Source: a virus. From it: 64,000 nt of DNA. Position numbers and translations under genes: made by a program. Below the pieces are notes generated by a model, which was given only the letters and a program-made list of their open reading frames with translations, made no database searches and was not told the DNA's origin. The stretch is from the IMG/VR virus record IMGVR_UViG_3300034104_004920, positions 1 to 64,000 of that record. One strand, 5' to 3'. Shown one piece after another: positions 23,901 to 33,896 of the stretch (the first letter of the stretch is position 1; the number at the start of each line of letters is the position of its first letter).

Positions 23901-25910
23901 GATCCAAGTAAATTTCTTGCAGAAGTAGGACAAGGTAAATGGGGCGATCAGTTCAAGAATGTTTTAGAAAACGTAAACGAAGCCACGTCTGAATATAATA
24001 AAAATGCAAGATTGAGTTTTATTGGTCAACAAAAAGAAATTGACAACACTCAAACAAGTTTAATAAAGCTAAATACAGAACAAGACAGGTTAAATTATTT
24101 AATGTCTGTTTATACAAGAGCTGGTGGCTCAGCCATGCCAAAACAGATAGCTGCGGAGTTTAATCTTAGAAAAAACGCTTTAGAACTTCAATACAGTCTA
24201 ACAGAAAAAACAGCTGCATTAGAACGTGACAGGGTGTTGGAAAATAAGAAGGCTGACGGAGAAGAAAAACAGGCTGCAAGAGCAAAATATGATGCGACTA
24301 TACAGCAGGCACAAGCCAATAGAGCCGCAGCATTGGAACAGGCATTCCAAACTAGATCAGCAAAAGAACTCGAAGACAGACTTAATGGAATAAACATTGA
24401 GTATGAAAAACAAGCAAGAACAGCAAGTTTAGCCGCTGAAAAACAAGCAGCTATATTTGATTTAGAATCCAGCAGCCTGAGTGCTAGAATAGGTGTCGGG
24501 GCAGTTAATGAACAAGAGGCAGCAAGTCTTCAATATCAATTTAATTTAAACAAAGCAAATTTTGATTTACAAGTAAAATTAGATGATTTAGAAAGACAGC
24601 GTCTTAAAGAACGTGCAGAACAACGAGCACTGCTGCTAACCGATAGTGCAGCCCTTGCATTCCAATATGGAAGAATTGATGAAAAATATAATGAACAAAA
24701 AGTAGCAGCACAAGAAATATTAGAAACCAGAAAACAACAGTTAAGAGTAGAAGAAAATATAGCAAAGTTAAATGCAAGAATAAAGACAAGACAAGAACTA
24801 GAAGTATCTAGACCTATGGAAGATCGCACAGCTGCAAGAGAATTTATAGTGGAATACAATGATTTACAAATGCAGTTGCTGGAAAAGAGTAGAGAAAATC
24901 GAAAAATATCTGAAGTAGATTATTTAACAGATAAAAAACACAATGACGAAATAAGAAGACAGCTCGATTACGGTCGTAAGAGGGACGAAATAGAGTCAAG
25001 ATACTTAACCAAAAAAATAGAGCTACAAGAAAAAATAAAAGAATTTGGAGAAACTGACGCTCTACAACAGGATGAAGCTCTCAACGAAGCAAGAAGAACT
25101 CGAGATTTGGCATACTTAGACAAAATAAAAGAAGCTCAAGACAACTTGGCTGCTTCTACTGAGTATTACACTGAGCGTCAAAAAGGTTGGGGTCAAGCTA
25201 TTGAAGGGTTCTTTAGTAATATGACAAGTGAGTTTGAGAACTGGGCAAAAACAGGGACATTTAGCAGCAAAAAACTGTTTGATAGCTTATTAGCAGATAT
25301 TGCACGATATGAGTTAAAACTGATAATGCTAGATAGGTGGGCCAGTGTCAGAAAACCAGTACTAGACTTTATAGGTAGTATATTTGGATCTGTAGCCACC
25401 GGAGGAGGGGTCGGAAACAGATACAGTGATCTTTATAGTCTTACACGTCAGTCATCGCCAGAACTAGGTGGGTTAAGATTGGGCGGAGGAACTAGTGTGC
25501 GCCTAGGTGGCGGGATGGCACTTGGAATGTCTTACAATACTGGAGGAGTAGAATACTTTGCAAAAGGTGGAACTTTTACTAATTCAATTGTAAACTCTCC
25601 AACCCTCTTTAAGGCAGCAAAAGGCATTGGTGTTATGGGCGAAGCAGGACCAGAAGCTATTATGCCCCTAAAGCGCGACGGCAACGGCAATCTTGGGGTT
25701 CGTGGAGGGGGAAGCAACGTAGCAGTAGTTATTAATAACTACTCCAGCGAGAAGGCTTCTTCAAAGGAAGTTGTTGATAGTCGCGGAAATAAGAGCATAG
25801 AAGTAACAATAGGTGATGCTGTTTCAGCACAGCTAACTAAAACTGGCAGTAATATGCAAAGATCTATGAGCAGTACTTACGGTATGCGACCACAGCTAAT
25901 AAGGAGATAA
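20946..25910 (+). CDS. Tape measure protein
   Basis: About 1650 aa, Ala/Gln/Lys-rich coiled coil with TM region; C-terminal FAKGG...PTLF...MGEAGPEAIMPLKR. Confidence 0.93.
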   Translation: MANIKIGLLVSDDTSSMKKRKDEAEKLNKELQKTQALSKSAIQPKEVVGYNQQRSIVGTGASARDFANQAQGMGGVVRLYATFAANIFAVTAAYQALNRAAQMDRLIQASEIMSQRTGVNLKRLGQNLQEATGYAISFEESMRFANVGISAGIAAKDLKELVTIAKGAAAGLGRDVNDSITRIIQGTAKQEQEILDELGIFIKAKDAYEQYAQRFQIEGGADALSAQQRVVAYSDAVIKAGQQWKEFAKIPDPFAELTARGQEALQKILSSANQIVVPVLEILAKSSSAVQALILLIGGTLVKRALPELGSALTQIFTYEGSRKKAEADKARAEIIADYNKTTQQLTAAKTIRDKLMVDTFTGIGTALGPQAGVRATKDQPGVAGISAQRLTTAIFGTEAAPKDLSKLKSAEDVNNRILTTLKSQVKASKDQDDFVQKLIQNKVLEAKSTKDNLILTQQIQQVGSTIYTDIVSKRIKAQKDLLDLTAREADLSRQIQGFQTGITTTVTARRTAAAGAGAAAGTAATAATAAAATAASVSLRDAFSAGLGQAGDRSRELASQLDQGPIRTFKAFTSAIGDNLKAITTAGQGLGFMARSAAMAGAAVGALGTVVSGAFRLIGAAFGPVMIIFTLWELFGDKIIPENIKKTNELNTKIKELTDSLTNSNKALTNAAIAYENSTKGPESYLAYVQTTNTALRTQIASIQEIVELEKEKARIARGEKPETEAERQKRLLGTRVGIGAEDRAALQKQLDAIIKMQEPPRGTQVLSAEARKQILEKYDAEIRVLASRLNAQATLDRAANEEDIQAARRVLEAINKGQINQVGSVPRQLYETARTTLGGDVELARRIAKAEADAYNAMANAQPGQNDEARAKAWDNYSAALQKALAKGQQLEASVSGMSSKMKDAATAGRDLAAEMRKIPELSGVGKTPEAMKLEGAFKELYKPLIAPEQQKATVEGIKEVLDAYGQFDSSARSLRDSISRTTDPSKFLAEVGQGKWGDQFKNVLENVNEATSEYNKNARLSFIGQQKEIDNTQTSLIKLNTEQDRLNYLMSVYTRAGGSAMPKQIAAEFNLRKNALELQYSLTEKTAALERDRVLENKKADGEEKQAARAKYDATIQQAQANRAAALEQAFQTRSAKELEDRLNGINIEYEKQARTASLAAEKQAAIFDLESSSLSARIGVGAVNEQEAASLQYQFNLNKANFDLQVKLDDLERQRLKERAEQRALLLTDSAALAFQYGRIDEKYNEQKVAAQEILETRKQQLRVEENIAKLNARIKTRQELEVSRPMEDRTAAREFIVEYNDLQMQLLEKSRENRKISEVDYLTDKKHNDEIRRQLDYGRKRDEIESRYLTKKIELQEKIKEFGETDALQQDEALNEARRTRDLAYLDKIKEAQDNLAASTEYYTERQKGWGQAIEGFFSNMTSEFENWAKTGTFSSKKLFDSLLADIARYELKLIMLDRWASVRKPVLDFIGSIFGSVATGGGVGNRYSDLYSLTRQSSPELGGLRLGGGTSVRLGGGMALGMSYNTGGVEYFAKGGTFTNSIVNSPTLFKAAKGIGVMGEAGPEAIMPLKRDGNGNLGVRGGGSNVAVVINNYSSEKASSKEVVDSRGNKSIEVTIGDAVSAQLTKTGSNMQRSMSSTYGMRPQLIRR

Positions 25911-25911
25911 T

Positions 25912-26274
25912 ATGGCTATACCTACATGGCCGGTAACACTGCCACAAGATCCGCAAAAAAACTTTAGTTCTACAGGAGGCGTAAATGTTTTACGTACTCC
26001 TGTAGACAAAGGCCCAGCAAAACAACGTTATAAAAGCAAAAAGCCAGAACTTTTAGATCTGGCTTTTATAATGACAAAAGATCAGGTAGCGTCTTTAAAG
26101 ACCTTTATAGAAGACGTTGTATACGGAACAAAAAGATTTAATTTTAAACATCCAATAACTGCTTCTACAGTAGAAGTACGTTTTATACCTCAAGGCGATG
26201 GAGATATATATAGTTTATCTAATATAGCTCCAGATTATTATAATGTATCAATTAAACTAGAAGTAATGTTATGA
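25912..26274 (+). CDS. Distal tail / minor tail protein (lambda gpM-like)
   Basis: WP..LPQ, RT..D.GP.KQR, F.FKHP; follows tape measure. Confidence 0.75.
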   Translation: MAIPTWPVTLPQDPQKNFSSTGGVNVLRTPVDKGPAKQRYKSKKPELLDLAFIMTKDQVASLKTFIEDVVYGTKRFNFKHPITASTVEVRFIPQGDGDIYSLSNIAPDYYNVSIKLEVML

Positions 26275-26795
26275 GCAGATTAGCAAGTATGTCCCCAGAA
26301 GCTATTAGATCACTGTTTAGTCCAGACAGTGACAGCACTCTTATATGTTTGTTGACTATTACATACAGTAATACTGAACCAAGTGTAAGATTGGCAGATA
26401 ATTTTACTGGACGACTTACTTCGCTTACAACAGACGACGAAGTTGTTTATGGCGTTACAAGCAGAAATCAAGAATATATATTTTTACCTTTTGAAGTAAC
26501 ACTGCCACAAGAGCAAGAAGATCAAGTACCTTCTTGTACTTTAACAATTTATGATGTTACTCAATATTTAACCGAAATTATCAGAGAACAGTTCGAAATA
26601 GTACCAAAAATAAAACTAGAATTGGTACTGTCAAAAACTCCAGACACAGTAGAAGTTTCTTTTGATGGGCTTTATGTAACGTCAATTACTTATAACGAAA
26701 ATTCTGTGTCTTTGTCTATAGAAATGGTGGACTACTCCAAAGAACCATTTCCTCAGCATCGTTTTGTACCACAATATTTTCCAGGACTATTTTAA
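26271..26795 (+). CDS. Minor tail protein (lambda gpL-like / DUF1833)
   Basis: LLTIT, FLPFEVTLP, EPFP..RF.P..FPGLF C-terminus. Confidence 0.8.
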   Translation: MSRLASMSPEAIRSLFSPDSDSTLICLLTITYSNTEPSVRLADNFTGRLTSLTTDDEVVYGVTSRNQEYIFLPFEVTLPQEQEDQVPSCTLTIYDVTQYLTEIIREQFEIVPKIKLELVLSKTPDTVEVSFDGLYVTSITYNENSVSLSIEMVDYSKEPFPQHRFVPQYFPGLF

Positions 26796-29700
26796 ATGGA
26801 TATTAATAAATACATAGGAATACCTTTTAAAGCTAACGGAAGAGACAGCACTGGGTTAGATTGCTGGGGATTGGTTCGTCTCGTTTATAAACAAGAGTAC
26901 AATATAGACTTACCAAGTTTTACTACTGAATACGACATAAATGATGATGAAAGAATAAAAGAATTATTTGATCAGTACAAAGAAGGTTGGATTAAACTAG
27001 ATTTCCCAGAGCCTGGCTGCGCCGTTATATTTAATATTCTAGGTGAAACCACACATATCGGCATATTTGTAGAAAATAATAAATTTTTACATGTACGAGA
27101 AGGGATGGATTCTGTTTTAGAAAGTTTGGAAAATCAAAAATGGAATCGCAGAGTACAGGGGTTTTATAAGTACAATGAAAACACAGGTGTAGTATTAAAT
27201 GGAATACCACATCCATTACGTACCGTAAGATTTACAGCAGTAATACAACCAAATACTACTATTTCTGATTTAGTACAACAACTAAAATCTGAACACGACA
27301 TAAGCGAGGACTTTGATGCAAAATACAGAATACTTGTAAACGGCGTTCCAATTGACAGTTCTGTATGGAATGAATATACTCTAAAAGAGGGCGATCGTGT
27401 AGAATACAGAGCAATACTTGGAAAAAATAACAAAGTTGTTAGAATAGTAGCATTACTAGCAGTAGCCTATGTTTCTATGGGTGTTGCCGCATTTGTAACC
27501 GAGGTAGCTGCCGGAGGAGCTTTAGTAGCTGGAGCAAGTGTAGGTCTAGCTAAATTTATCGGAGCTGCAGCAGGTGCAGTAGCTTATGCTGCTACTAATT
27601 CGCTTGGAATGAAGTTAATAGATGCCATTGCTCCTATTGTTCCAAAGGAGCAGGCTGACCCAGGTATGTCAGAGCGTCAACTATTGGTAGATGGCGGCTC
27701 AAATCAGGCCAATAAATATGGCTCAATTCCCGTAGTGTTGGGAAAAGTAAAATTAACTCCGCCACTTGGAGCAGAACCAGTATCTCAGTTTTCAGGAGAC
27801 GAGAGTACTGCTGGAGCAGAAACAGGAACTGAAAACTTTCTCAAAATGTTGCTTATTTGGGGATATGGCCCTCTATCCATTGACTACAACACACTAAAAG
27901 TAGGCGATGTTTTATTGAGCGAATATGACGGCGTAACACAAGTTCACTTAGACAGAATAAACGAACCAACCACTGCTCAACTAGCTGCATTTGACGCCAT
28001 TTATGGAAGCGACACTCAGCAGTTACCAGGAAACAGCCTTCCAGGCCCAAAACAGACAGTTAATAACGTAGTAACTGACACAGCACCTCCATTGAGTGTT
28101 GGTGATACTGACTGGGTTCCTAGTACTGGAGTAGGTGAGTGGAGAGAGTTTGCCTTTACTCAGCCATCAGAAAGAATAGCTGTAGTATTACACTTTTCTC
28201 AGGGATTGAGACGTATTCGTGTATCTGGCAGCGAAGCCGGAGCTACGGATGCAGCTCCTGTCCGTATTGGATTTCAATACAGAATTGGTACAGGAAGCTG
28301 GCAGCCTTGGACTACAAAAACAATAGGCGGCACACTAACAACTAATAACTACATAGCTAGTGGGGCACCGAAAAAGGATGCATTTAGCTGGAGTATTACC
28401 CTAAATCGCGGTAATCGTTGGGGCCCTAACGATTTGATCTCTATTAGAGCAAGAAGAGAAACAGGTGCATTAACAGATCCAAGTGCAGTTTGGAGATATA
28501 GCCACGACTGTGCGGTACACAGCCTTACAAGTTATAGAAACACAAAACCAACAATTGATCCAATAAATTCAAAAATAGCAAAGTCAGCCCTTAGCATTAA
28601 AGCAACAGAACAAGTAAATGGAAGAATTGAAGGCATTAATGCAGTAGTACAAACGTACTGCAAAGACTACTATCAAGGTACTTGGACAGACGACAGAGCC
28701 ACTAACAATCCGGCCAGCTTATTCCGTCATGTATTAACACACCCAGGTACACCAAACAGAATACTGGATGCAGACATAGCCGCAAAAATAGACTTAACAA
28801 AATTGCAGCACTGGCATAGTTATTGTGTTACAAAAGGTTTTACTTACAACAGTGTCATTGCTGGAAATAACAGTGTTTTAGACGTACTAAGAGAAATTTG
28901 TGCAGCAGGAAGGGCAAGTCCTATTATAGTAGACGGAAAGTGGAGTGTTGTTATTGACGAAGTTCAAAACAACATTGTACAACACTTTACTCCACACAAC
29001 AGTTGGGACTTTGAAGGTTCAAAGGCCGTAGTAAAGTATCCAGATTGTTTGAGAATAAGATTTTTTGATGAAGACAACAATTACCAAGAAGACGAAGTTT
29101 TAGTTTATAAAGCAGGTAAAAATAGTACTAACAGTGAACTGTTTGAAGAAATGCAGTTTCCTGGCGTAACAAAAAGAAGTGCTGTAATCGACCACGCCCG
29201 TTGGCATATGGCTCAGGGAGTATTGCGTCCAGAACGGTATACAATACAAACTGACTTGGAATACTTGGTGTGTAACAGGGGCGACCGCGTAAAAGTAACG
29301 CACGATGTTCCGTTGTGGGGATTAGGCAGTGGACGTATAAAAACCTACTTTTCAGAAAACTGGAGTGCAATATCAAACGGAATACTGGCTGCTGCAACAA
29401 ACCAAGAGCCACATAACTCAATATTTAAAGAAGTATTTAATAACAGATTTTTAGGTGATATAAACAATAGTGGAGGAGTAAGTAGTGCAGATTCTATAGC
29501 AGCAATTCAATATAGTAATGGAAGTACTACAAATGCCACTTATATAAACGGAATATTCAGGCATGTTTTAGGTAACAATGTCTCAAAGTATGCTAGTTAT
29601 TTAACTTTTAATGCAACAGCAACACAGATACAGTTAGAAGAAGCAGTATACTTAGATGTTACAAAAAGCTATACCATAAGAATCAGAAAGCAAGATGGCA

Positions 29701-32700
29701 GCAGTGTTACTTCTACAATAGTTAATCCAACTACCAGTGGATATTACAACAGTGTTATTTTAAGTACTCCATTAACAGGTTTAAATGAATTAGACTTGTA
29801 CATGTTTGGTGAGCTCAATAAGGAGTCACAAGATTTAATAGTATTAGGCATTCAGCCAGAAAGTAGTGGTAATGCTACTATTACACTCATGGATTATGGT
29901 GTTACCAGTACATACAACATATTTACTGAATATTTAAACTATACCGAACTACCGTCTTTCAACACAAATATTACAAAAACATCAAGAAATTTAATAGACA
30001 GTTTTGGAACAAAAGTACCGACAAATATTGTATTTACAAGTAATGAAACTGTAATGGAACGCAAAGGTCCGGCAGACTTTGTTTACAGATTGTTGGTGAG
30101 CTTTATCAACGCAAACAATCTTCCAAAAACAAAAAACTTTGTGGAATGCCAACTGGACTTTGCGGCCTCTACAGATGAAAGTTCTGTTGTAACAAAGATT
30201 GTAAAAGCAGAAACCTACTCAGTACTTTTCGAAGATGTCTTGGTTAATAAAGCATATCGTGTTAGACTGCGATATGTGGGAGAAGATGGAAGAACAGGTC
30301 CTTGGACTGTTTGGTATACCCATACAATACTAGGAAAGAGTGGTAGGCCAACCGACGTTACCGGATTTATCAGTACAGTATCAGAAACAGGAATAGTATT
30401 AACATGGAATGCTGCAACAGATTCTGACTATTCTTACAGCATTATAAAGCTAGGTTCTTCTTGGAGTACTGCTACAACTTTATTTAGAGGAAGTGCCAAC
30501 AGTTGGTCTTTTAACAGGCCGGCAACTGGTAATTATACATTTTTAATAAAACATATAGATACGTCGGGCAATGAAAGTTTAGTAGCAACAAGTCGTGGTG
30601 TAAGTTATACCAGTGCCGCAGTAAATAATGCTGGTATTACTATTAATAATGGAGCAATACAAGGTATTGGTACTGGATCAGGTACAACTGTAGCCAATAC
30701 CAGTATTGGTATCGTCGGAGGAGCTATTACTGGTATTGGTACTGGCAACAATACAACTGTAGCTAATAGCAGTATTACTGTAGATAGCAATGGTTCACTA
30801 CAAGGTATTGGTACTGGAGCAGGTACTACAGTAGATAATAGCCGCATACAAACAATAGAATTAACAACCTACAACGGTGGCAGAGTCATCAACGGTAATT
30901 CTTTTGAACCTGGTCCAACCACTCCAGTAGGCCAAAGTGCTTCGTTTATTTCAAAACAGGCATTTGCTAATGGCTGTTTTGTTACCTATAAACCAACATT
31001 TGTAAGTACTGTAAATGAGTCCTCCATTGTTGTAGCTATATCACAATCGCAAATAGGATTCAATGTTAGTCCTAATGATATTTTTGTGGCTTTAGCTGTT
31101 TATAATGACGGAAGATTATACGCCTACACAAATACAGCACCAAATAGCCTTCAATCAATACAATTAAATTCTGCTTATGTAAGCGGTGACTTTTTTAGTA
31201 TTACTTATGATGGTTCAAGAGTAATATTTTATAAAAATGGCACAGTTATATACGAACTCAGCTATACAAACACTAATCCATTATATATTTACGGAAACTC
31301 AGGTGCTACTGGCAGTGTGACTGTAAATTCAATATCTAGACTGTCTTTTGGACCAATGTCTTCTAATGCGTGGAGTCAAATAACAGGACAGCCGGCCGGA
31401 ATTTATAATAGCAATATTACTATTACTGATGGGGCTATCACTGGTATTGGTACTGGAAACAATACAACTGTAGCTAATAGCAGTATTGCTATTAGTAATG
31501 GAGCTATTACTGGTATTGGTACTGGAAACAATACTGCTGTAGCTAATAGCAGTATCAGTATTAATGCAGACGGTACTTTAAGTGGGGCAGGTAGTGGACA
31601 GGTAAATTTAAGCGATTTACCTGGGTCAATTAATCTTGCTCAGTTTGCAAGTGGTATAGAGCCTGTTAGTATAGTAAGCACTTTGCCGACAACAAAAACT
31701 ACAAGTAATGTATTTTTAACAACAAATAACAAACTATATCGTTGGAACGGTACTGATTATGTAAGTACGTTACTGGCCGGCGACATAGAAGGCACACTGT
31801 CGGCTGCTCAAATAGAATCAGTTGCAGCAGGTCAAATAACTGGAAAGTTGACTGATAACCAATTAGATGCAATCAGTGCTGCAAAACTCACAGGACAGAT
31901 TACAGGAACGCAAATAACAGACGAAGCTATTAGTGCTGCTAAAATTGCCGCAAACACGATTACTGCTAGTCAAATAGCTGCCAACACTATTACTGCTGCA
32001 GAGATTGCTGCAAATGCAATCACTGCAACAGAACTTGCAGCAGGTGCAGTAACAGCAGGAAAGATTGCTGCTGGTACAATAGAAGCAGGAGATATTGCTG
32101 CAGGTGCTATCACAGCAGGAAAAATTGCCGCAAATGCAATTACTGCAACAGAACTTGCCGCAGATTCAGTAACAGCAGGTAAAATTGCAGCAGCAGCAGT
32201 TAATACTACGGCTCTCGCAGCAGAAGCTGTAACAGCAGATAAAATTGCAGCAGCAGCAGTTAATACTACGGCTCTCGCAGCAGAAGCTGTAACAGCAGGT
32301 AAAATTGCAGCAGATACTTTAAGCTCAGATAATGTTTTAACTCGTGGCTTGACTGTTAGGGATAGCAACGGCAACATCATACTTTCTGCAGGCAGTAACT
32401 TGGATTGGACAAGGCTCGCCAACCAACCGTCCGGTATTTACAACAGTAATATTACTGTAGATACAAATGGAGCAATACAAGGCATTGGAACAGGAGCAGG
32501 TACCCAGGTAAACAATGCATTTGTAGAAAATCTGGTGTTGCTGGCCGGAACAAGGGTGTCGGTATATGGTAATTCCGTAAAAAGAACTGACGCAGGTACC
32601 GCGGCTTGGAATGCTCATGCTTATTCAAAAGATGGGTACATAGCCGGTGTATACTGTTCTTTTAAGCCGGATCAAACTAATAGCGCTTTAATGGTTGGAT

Positions 32701-33896
32701 TGAATAGTGATCCAGAATTGAATGAAAGCTACGATTCATTAGATTATGCATGGTATTTTGAAAACACCAATTTAAAAATATACGAGAGTGGAAGCCAAGT
32801 AGCAAACTTAAACGAAACTTATACAACAAGTGATGTATTTGCTGTTACATACGATGGGTCTTATGTTCGTTACCTAAAAAATGGCGAAGTAAAGAGAACC
32901 GTATCAGTTAATACTAACCCAAGACTGTATTTTGATTGTTCTATTTTTAGTCTAAATGCAGGTGTTTCCAAAATAAATTTTGGTCCAATGACGTCTAATC
33001 GTTGGGAGAATATTGGTGGCGGAGAAACTGCACTAAATACTCGACTTGCAAAAGCAGGAGACACAATAACAGGCAGAATAAATCTAGGTGTAGCCGATGG
33101 AGTTTTTGCCGGAACCGACTTAAATAACGGAGTTTATTTTGGTAATGGTGGCTTAGTAGGTAAAAAAGCCGGAAATACTACTTTTGCTATAAGTACTACT
33201 GGTGATGCAATATTTGCTGGAACAATTGCTGCAAACACTATTGAGACTAACAGTCTTAAAGTAGGTGCCGGCACTAATTCTACACTGCTTAATAGTTCAT
33301 TTAGCGGACGCAGTTATAATTTTTTCCCAAATACTGGGATGACTACTTACACAGTTTATACTGATTTTGTTAATAGTAATAAAATAGAATCTAGGTCTCA
33401 AGTAAGTGTTAATATAAATTATTATTTTCAAATTGGGGCAGCAACAACTAACGCCAATTTTTGTTATTTAATAATAGAACCTGAGTGGTACTTTCAAACG
33501 ATCGAAATCTCAACACTTAATTCATATAGTTCTCCAACGTATGGTTCAAACAGCGTTTTAGCTATACCAAAAGGAGAACGTTTTATGTCTAGTTGGACAT
33601 ATACTAATCCAGTTGGACAGATAAGAAATTTTTATGAAAGTAATAGTTTTAATTTTGTTCTATCCCCCGCTCTCATATCTGGAACTACGTTAGTAACTGG
33701 TCAAAACAATGAGCAGTACTACACGTGGCCTATACCTGAAGGGCATTTCGGAAGAGTATGGATTAGATTAAAAAGAGTTATAAGATTTTATCCTACAGCC
33801 GCTACACTTACCCCTGTAGCTGGAGATACCTCCTCGGTAAGTGCTGGAGACTATCTTGGCAATATTGTATATAACATAAGAAACACGAGGATTTGA
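26796..33896 (+). CDS. Tail-tip fusion: NlpC/P60 (gpK-like) + gpI-like + gpJ-like hub/central fibre with repeated receptor-binding domains
   Basis: N-terminal GIPF...GRD..GLDCWGLV...HIGI...FLH; IPVVLG; TNNPA; FN3-like segment; GAITGIGTG and ITAGKIAA repeats; duplicated beta-sandwich domain. Confidence 0.88.
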   Translation: MDINKYIGIPFKANGRDSTGLDCWGLVRLVYKQEYNIDLPSFTTEYDINDDERIKELFDQYKEGWIKLDFPEPGCAVIFNILGETTHIGIFVENNKFLHVREGMDSVLESLENQKWNRRVQGFYKYNENTGVVLNGIPHPLRTVRFTAVIQPNTTISDLVQQLKSEHDISEDFDAKYRILVNGVPIDSSVWNEYTLKEGDRVEYRAILGKNNKVVRIVALLAVAYVSMGVAAFVTEVAAGGALVAGASVGLAKFIGAAAGAVAYAATNSLGMKLIDAIAPIVPKEQADPGMSERQLLVDGGSNQANKYGSIPVVLGKVKLTPPLGAEPVSQFSGDESTAGAETGTENFLKMLLIWGYGPLSIDYNTLKVGDVLLSEYDGVTQVHLDRINEPTTAQLAAFDAIYGSDTQQLPGNSLPGPKQTVNNVVTDTAPPLSVGDTDWVPSTGVGEWREFAFTQPSERIAVVLHFSQGLRRIRVSGSEAGATDAAPVRIGFQYRIGTGSWQPWTTKTIGGTLTTNNYIASGAPKKDAFSWSITLNRGNRWGPNDLISIRARRETGALTDPSAVWRYSHDCAVHSLTSYRNTKPTIDPINSKIAKSALSIKATEQVNGRIEGINAVVQTYCKDYYQGTWTDDRATNNPASLFRHVLTHPGTPNRILDADIAAKIDLTKLQHWHSYCVTKGFTYNSVIAGNNSVLDVLREICAAGRASPIIVDGKWSVVIDEVQNNIVQHFTPHNSWDFEGSKAVVKYPDCLRIRFFDEDNNYQEDEVLVYKAGKNSTNSELFEEMQFPGVTKRSAVIDHARWHMAQGVLRPERYTIQTDLEYLVCNRGDRVKVTHDVPLWGLGSGRIKTYFSENWSAISNGILAAATNQEPHNSIFKEVFNNRFLGDINNSGGVSSADSIAAIQYSNGSTTNATYINGIFRHVLGNNVSKYASYLTFNATATQIQLEEAVYLDVTKSYTIRIRKQDGSSVTSTIVNPTTSGYYNSVILSTPLTGLNELDLYMFGELNKESQDLIVLGIQPESSGNATITLMDYGVTSTYNIFTEYLNYTELPSFNTNITKTSRNLIDSFGTKVPTNIVFTSNETVMERKGPADFVYRLLVSFINANNLPKTKNFVECQLDFAASTDESSVVTKIVKAETYSVLFEDVLVNKAYRVRLRYVGEDGRTGPWTVWYTHTILGKSGRPTDVTGFISTVSETGIVLTWNAATDSDYSYSIIKLGSSWSTATTLFRGSANSWSFNRPATGNYTFLIKHIDTSGNESLVATSRGVSYTSAAVNNAGITINNGAIQGIGTGSGTTVANTSIGIVGGAITGIGTGNNTTVANSSITVDSNGSLQGIGTGAGTTVDNSRIQTIELTTYNGGRVINGNSFEPGPTTPVGQSASFISKQAFANGCFVTYKPTFVSTVNESSIVVAISQSQIGFNVSPNDIFVALAVYNDGRLYAYTNTAPNSLQSIQLNSAYVSGDFFSITYDGSRVIFYKNGTVIYELSYTNTNPLYIYGNSGATGSVTVNSISRLSFGPMSSNAWSQITGQPAGIYNSNITITDGAITGIGTGNNTTVANSSIAISNGAITGIGTGNNTAVANSSISINADGTLSGAGSGQVNLSDLPGSINLAQFASGIEPVSIVSTLPTTKTTSNVFLTTNNKLYRWNGTDYVSTLLAGDIEGTLSAAQIESVAAGQITGKLTDNQLDAISAAKLTGQITGTQITDEAISAAKIAANTITASQIAANTITAAEIAANAITATELAAGAVTAGKIAAGTIEAGDIAAGAITAGKIAANAITATELAADSVTAGKIAAAAVNTTALAAEAVTADKIAAAAVNTTALAAEAVTAGKIAADTLSSDNVLTRGLTVRDSNGNIILSAGSNLDWTRLANQPSGIYNSNITVDTNGAIQGIGTGAGTQVNNAFVENLVLLAGTRVSVYGNSVKRTDAGTAAWNAHAYSKDGYIAGVYCSFKPDQTNSALMVGLNSDPELNESYDSLDYAWYFENTNLKIYESGSQVANLNETYTTSDVFAVTYDGSYVRYLKNGEVKRTVSVNTNPRLYFDCSIFSLNAGVSKINFGPMTSNRWENIGGGETALNTRLAKAGDTITGRINLGVADGVFAGTDLNNGVYFGNGGLVGKKAGNTTFAISTTGDAIFAGTIAANTIETNSLKVGAGTNSTLLNSSFSGRSYNFFPNTGMTTYTVYTDFVNSNKIESRSQVSVNINYYFQIGAATTNANFCYLIIEPEWYFQTIEISTLNSYSSPTYGSNSVLAIPKGERFMSSWTYTNPVGQIRNFYESNSFNFVLSPALISGTTLVTGQNNEQYYTWPIPEGHFGRVWIRLKRVIRFYPTAATLTPVAGDTSSVSAGDYLGNIVYNIRNTRI

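Noticed and set aside
30600-33896. Diversity-generating retroelement acting on the tail fibre
   Set aside because: No reverse transcriptase is present, and no adenine-specific template/variable repeat pair was seen. The repeats are in-frame domain duplications.
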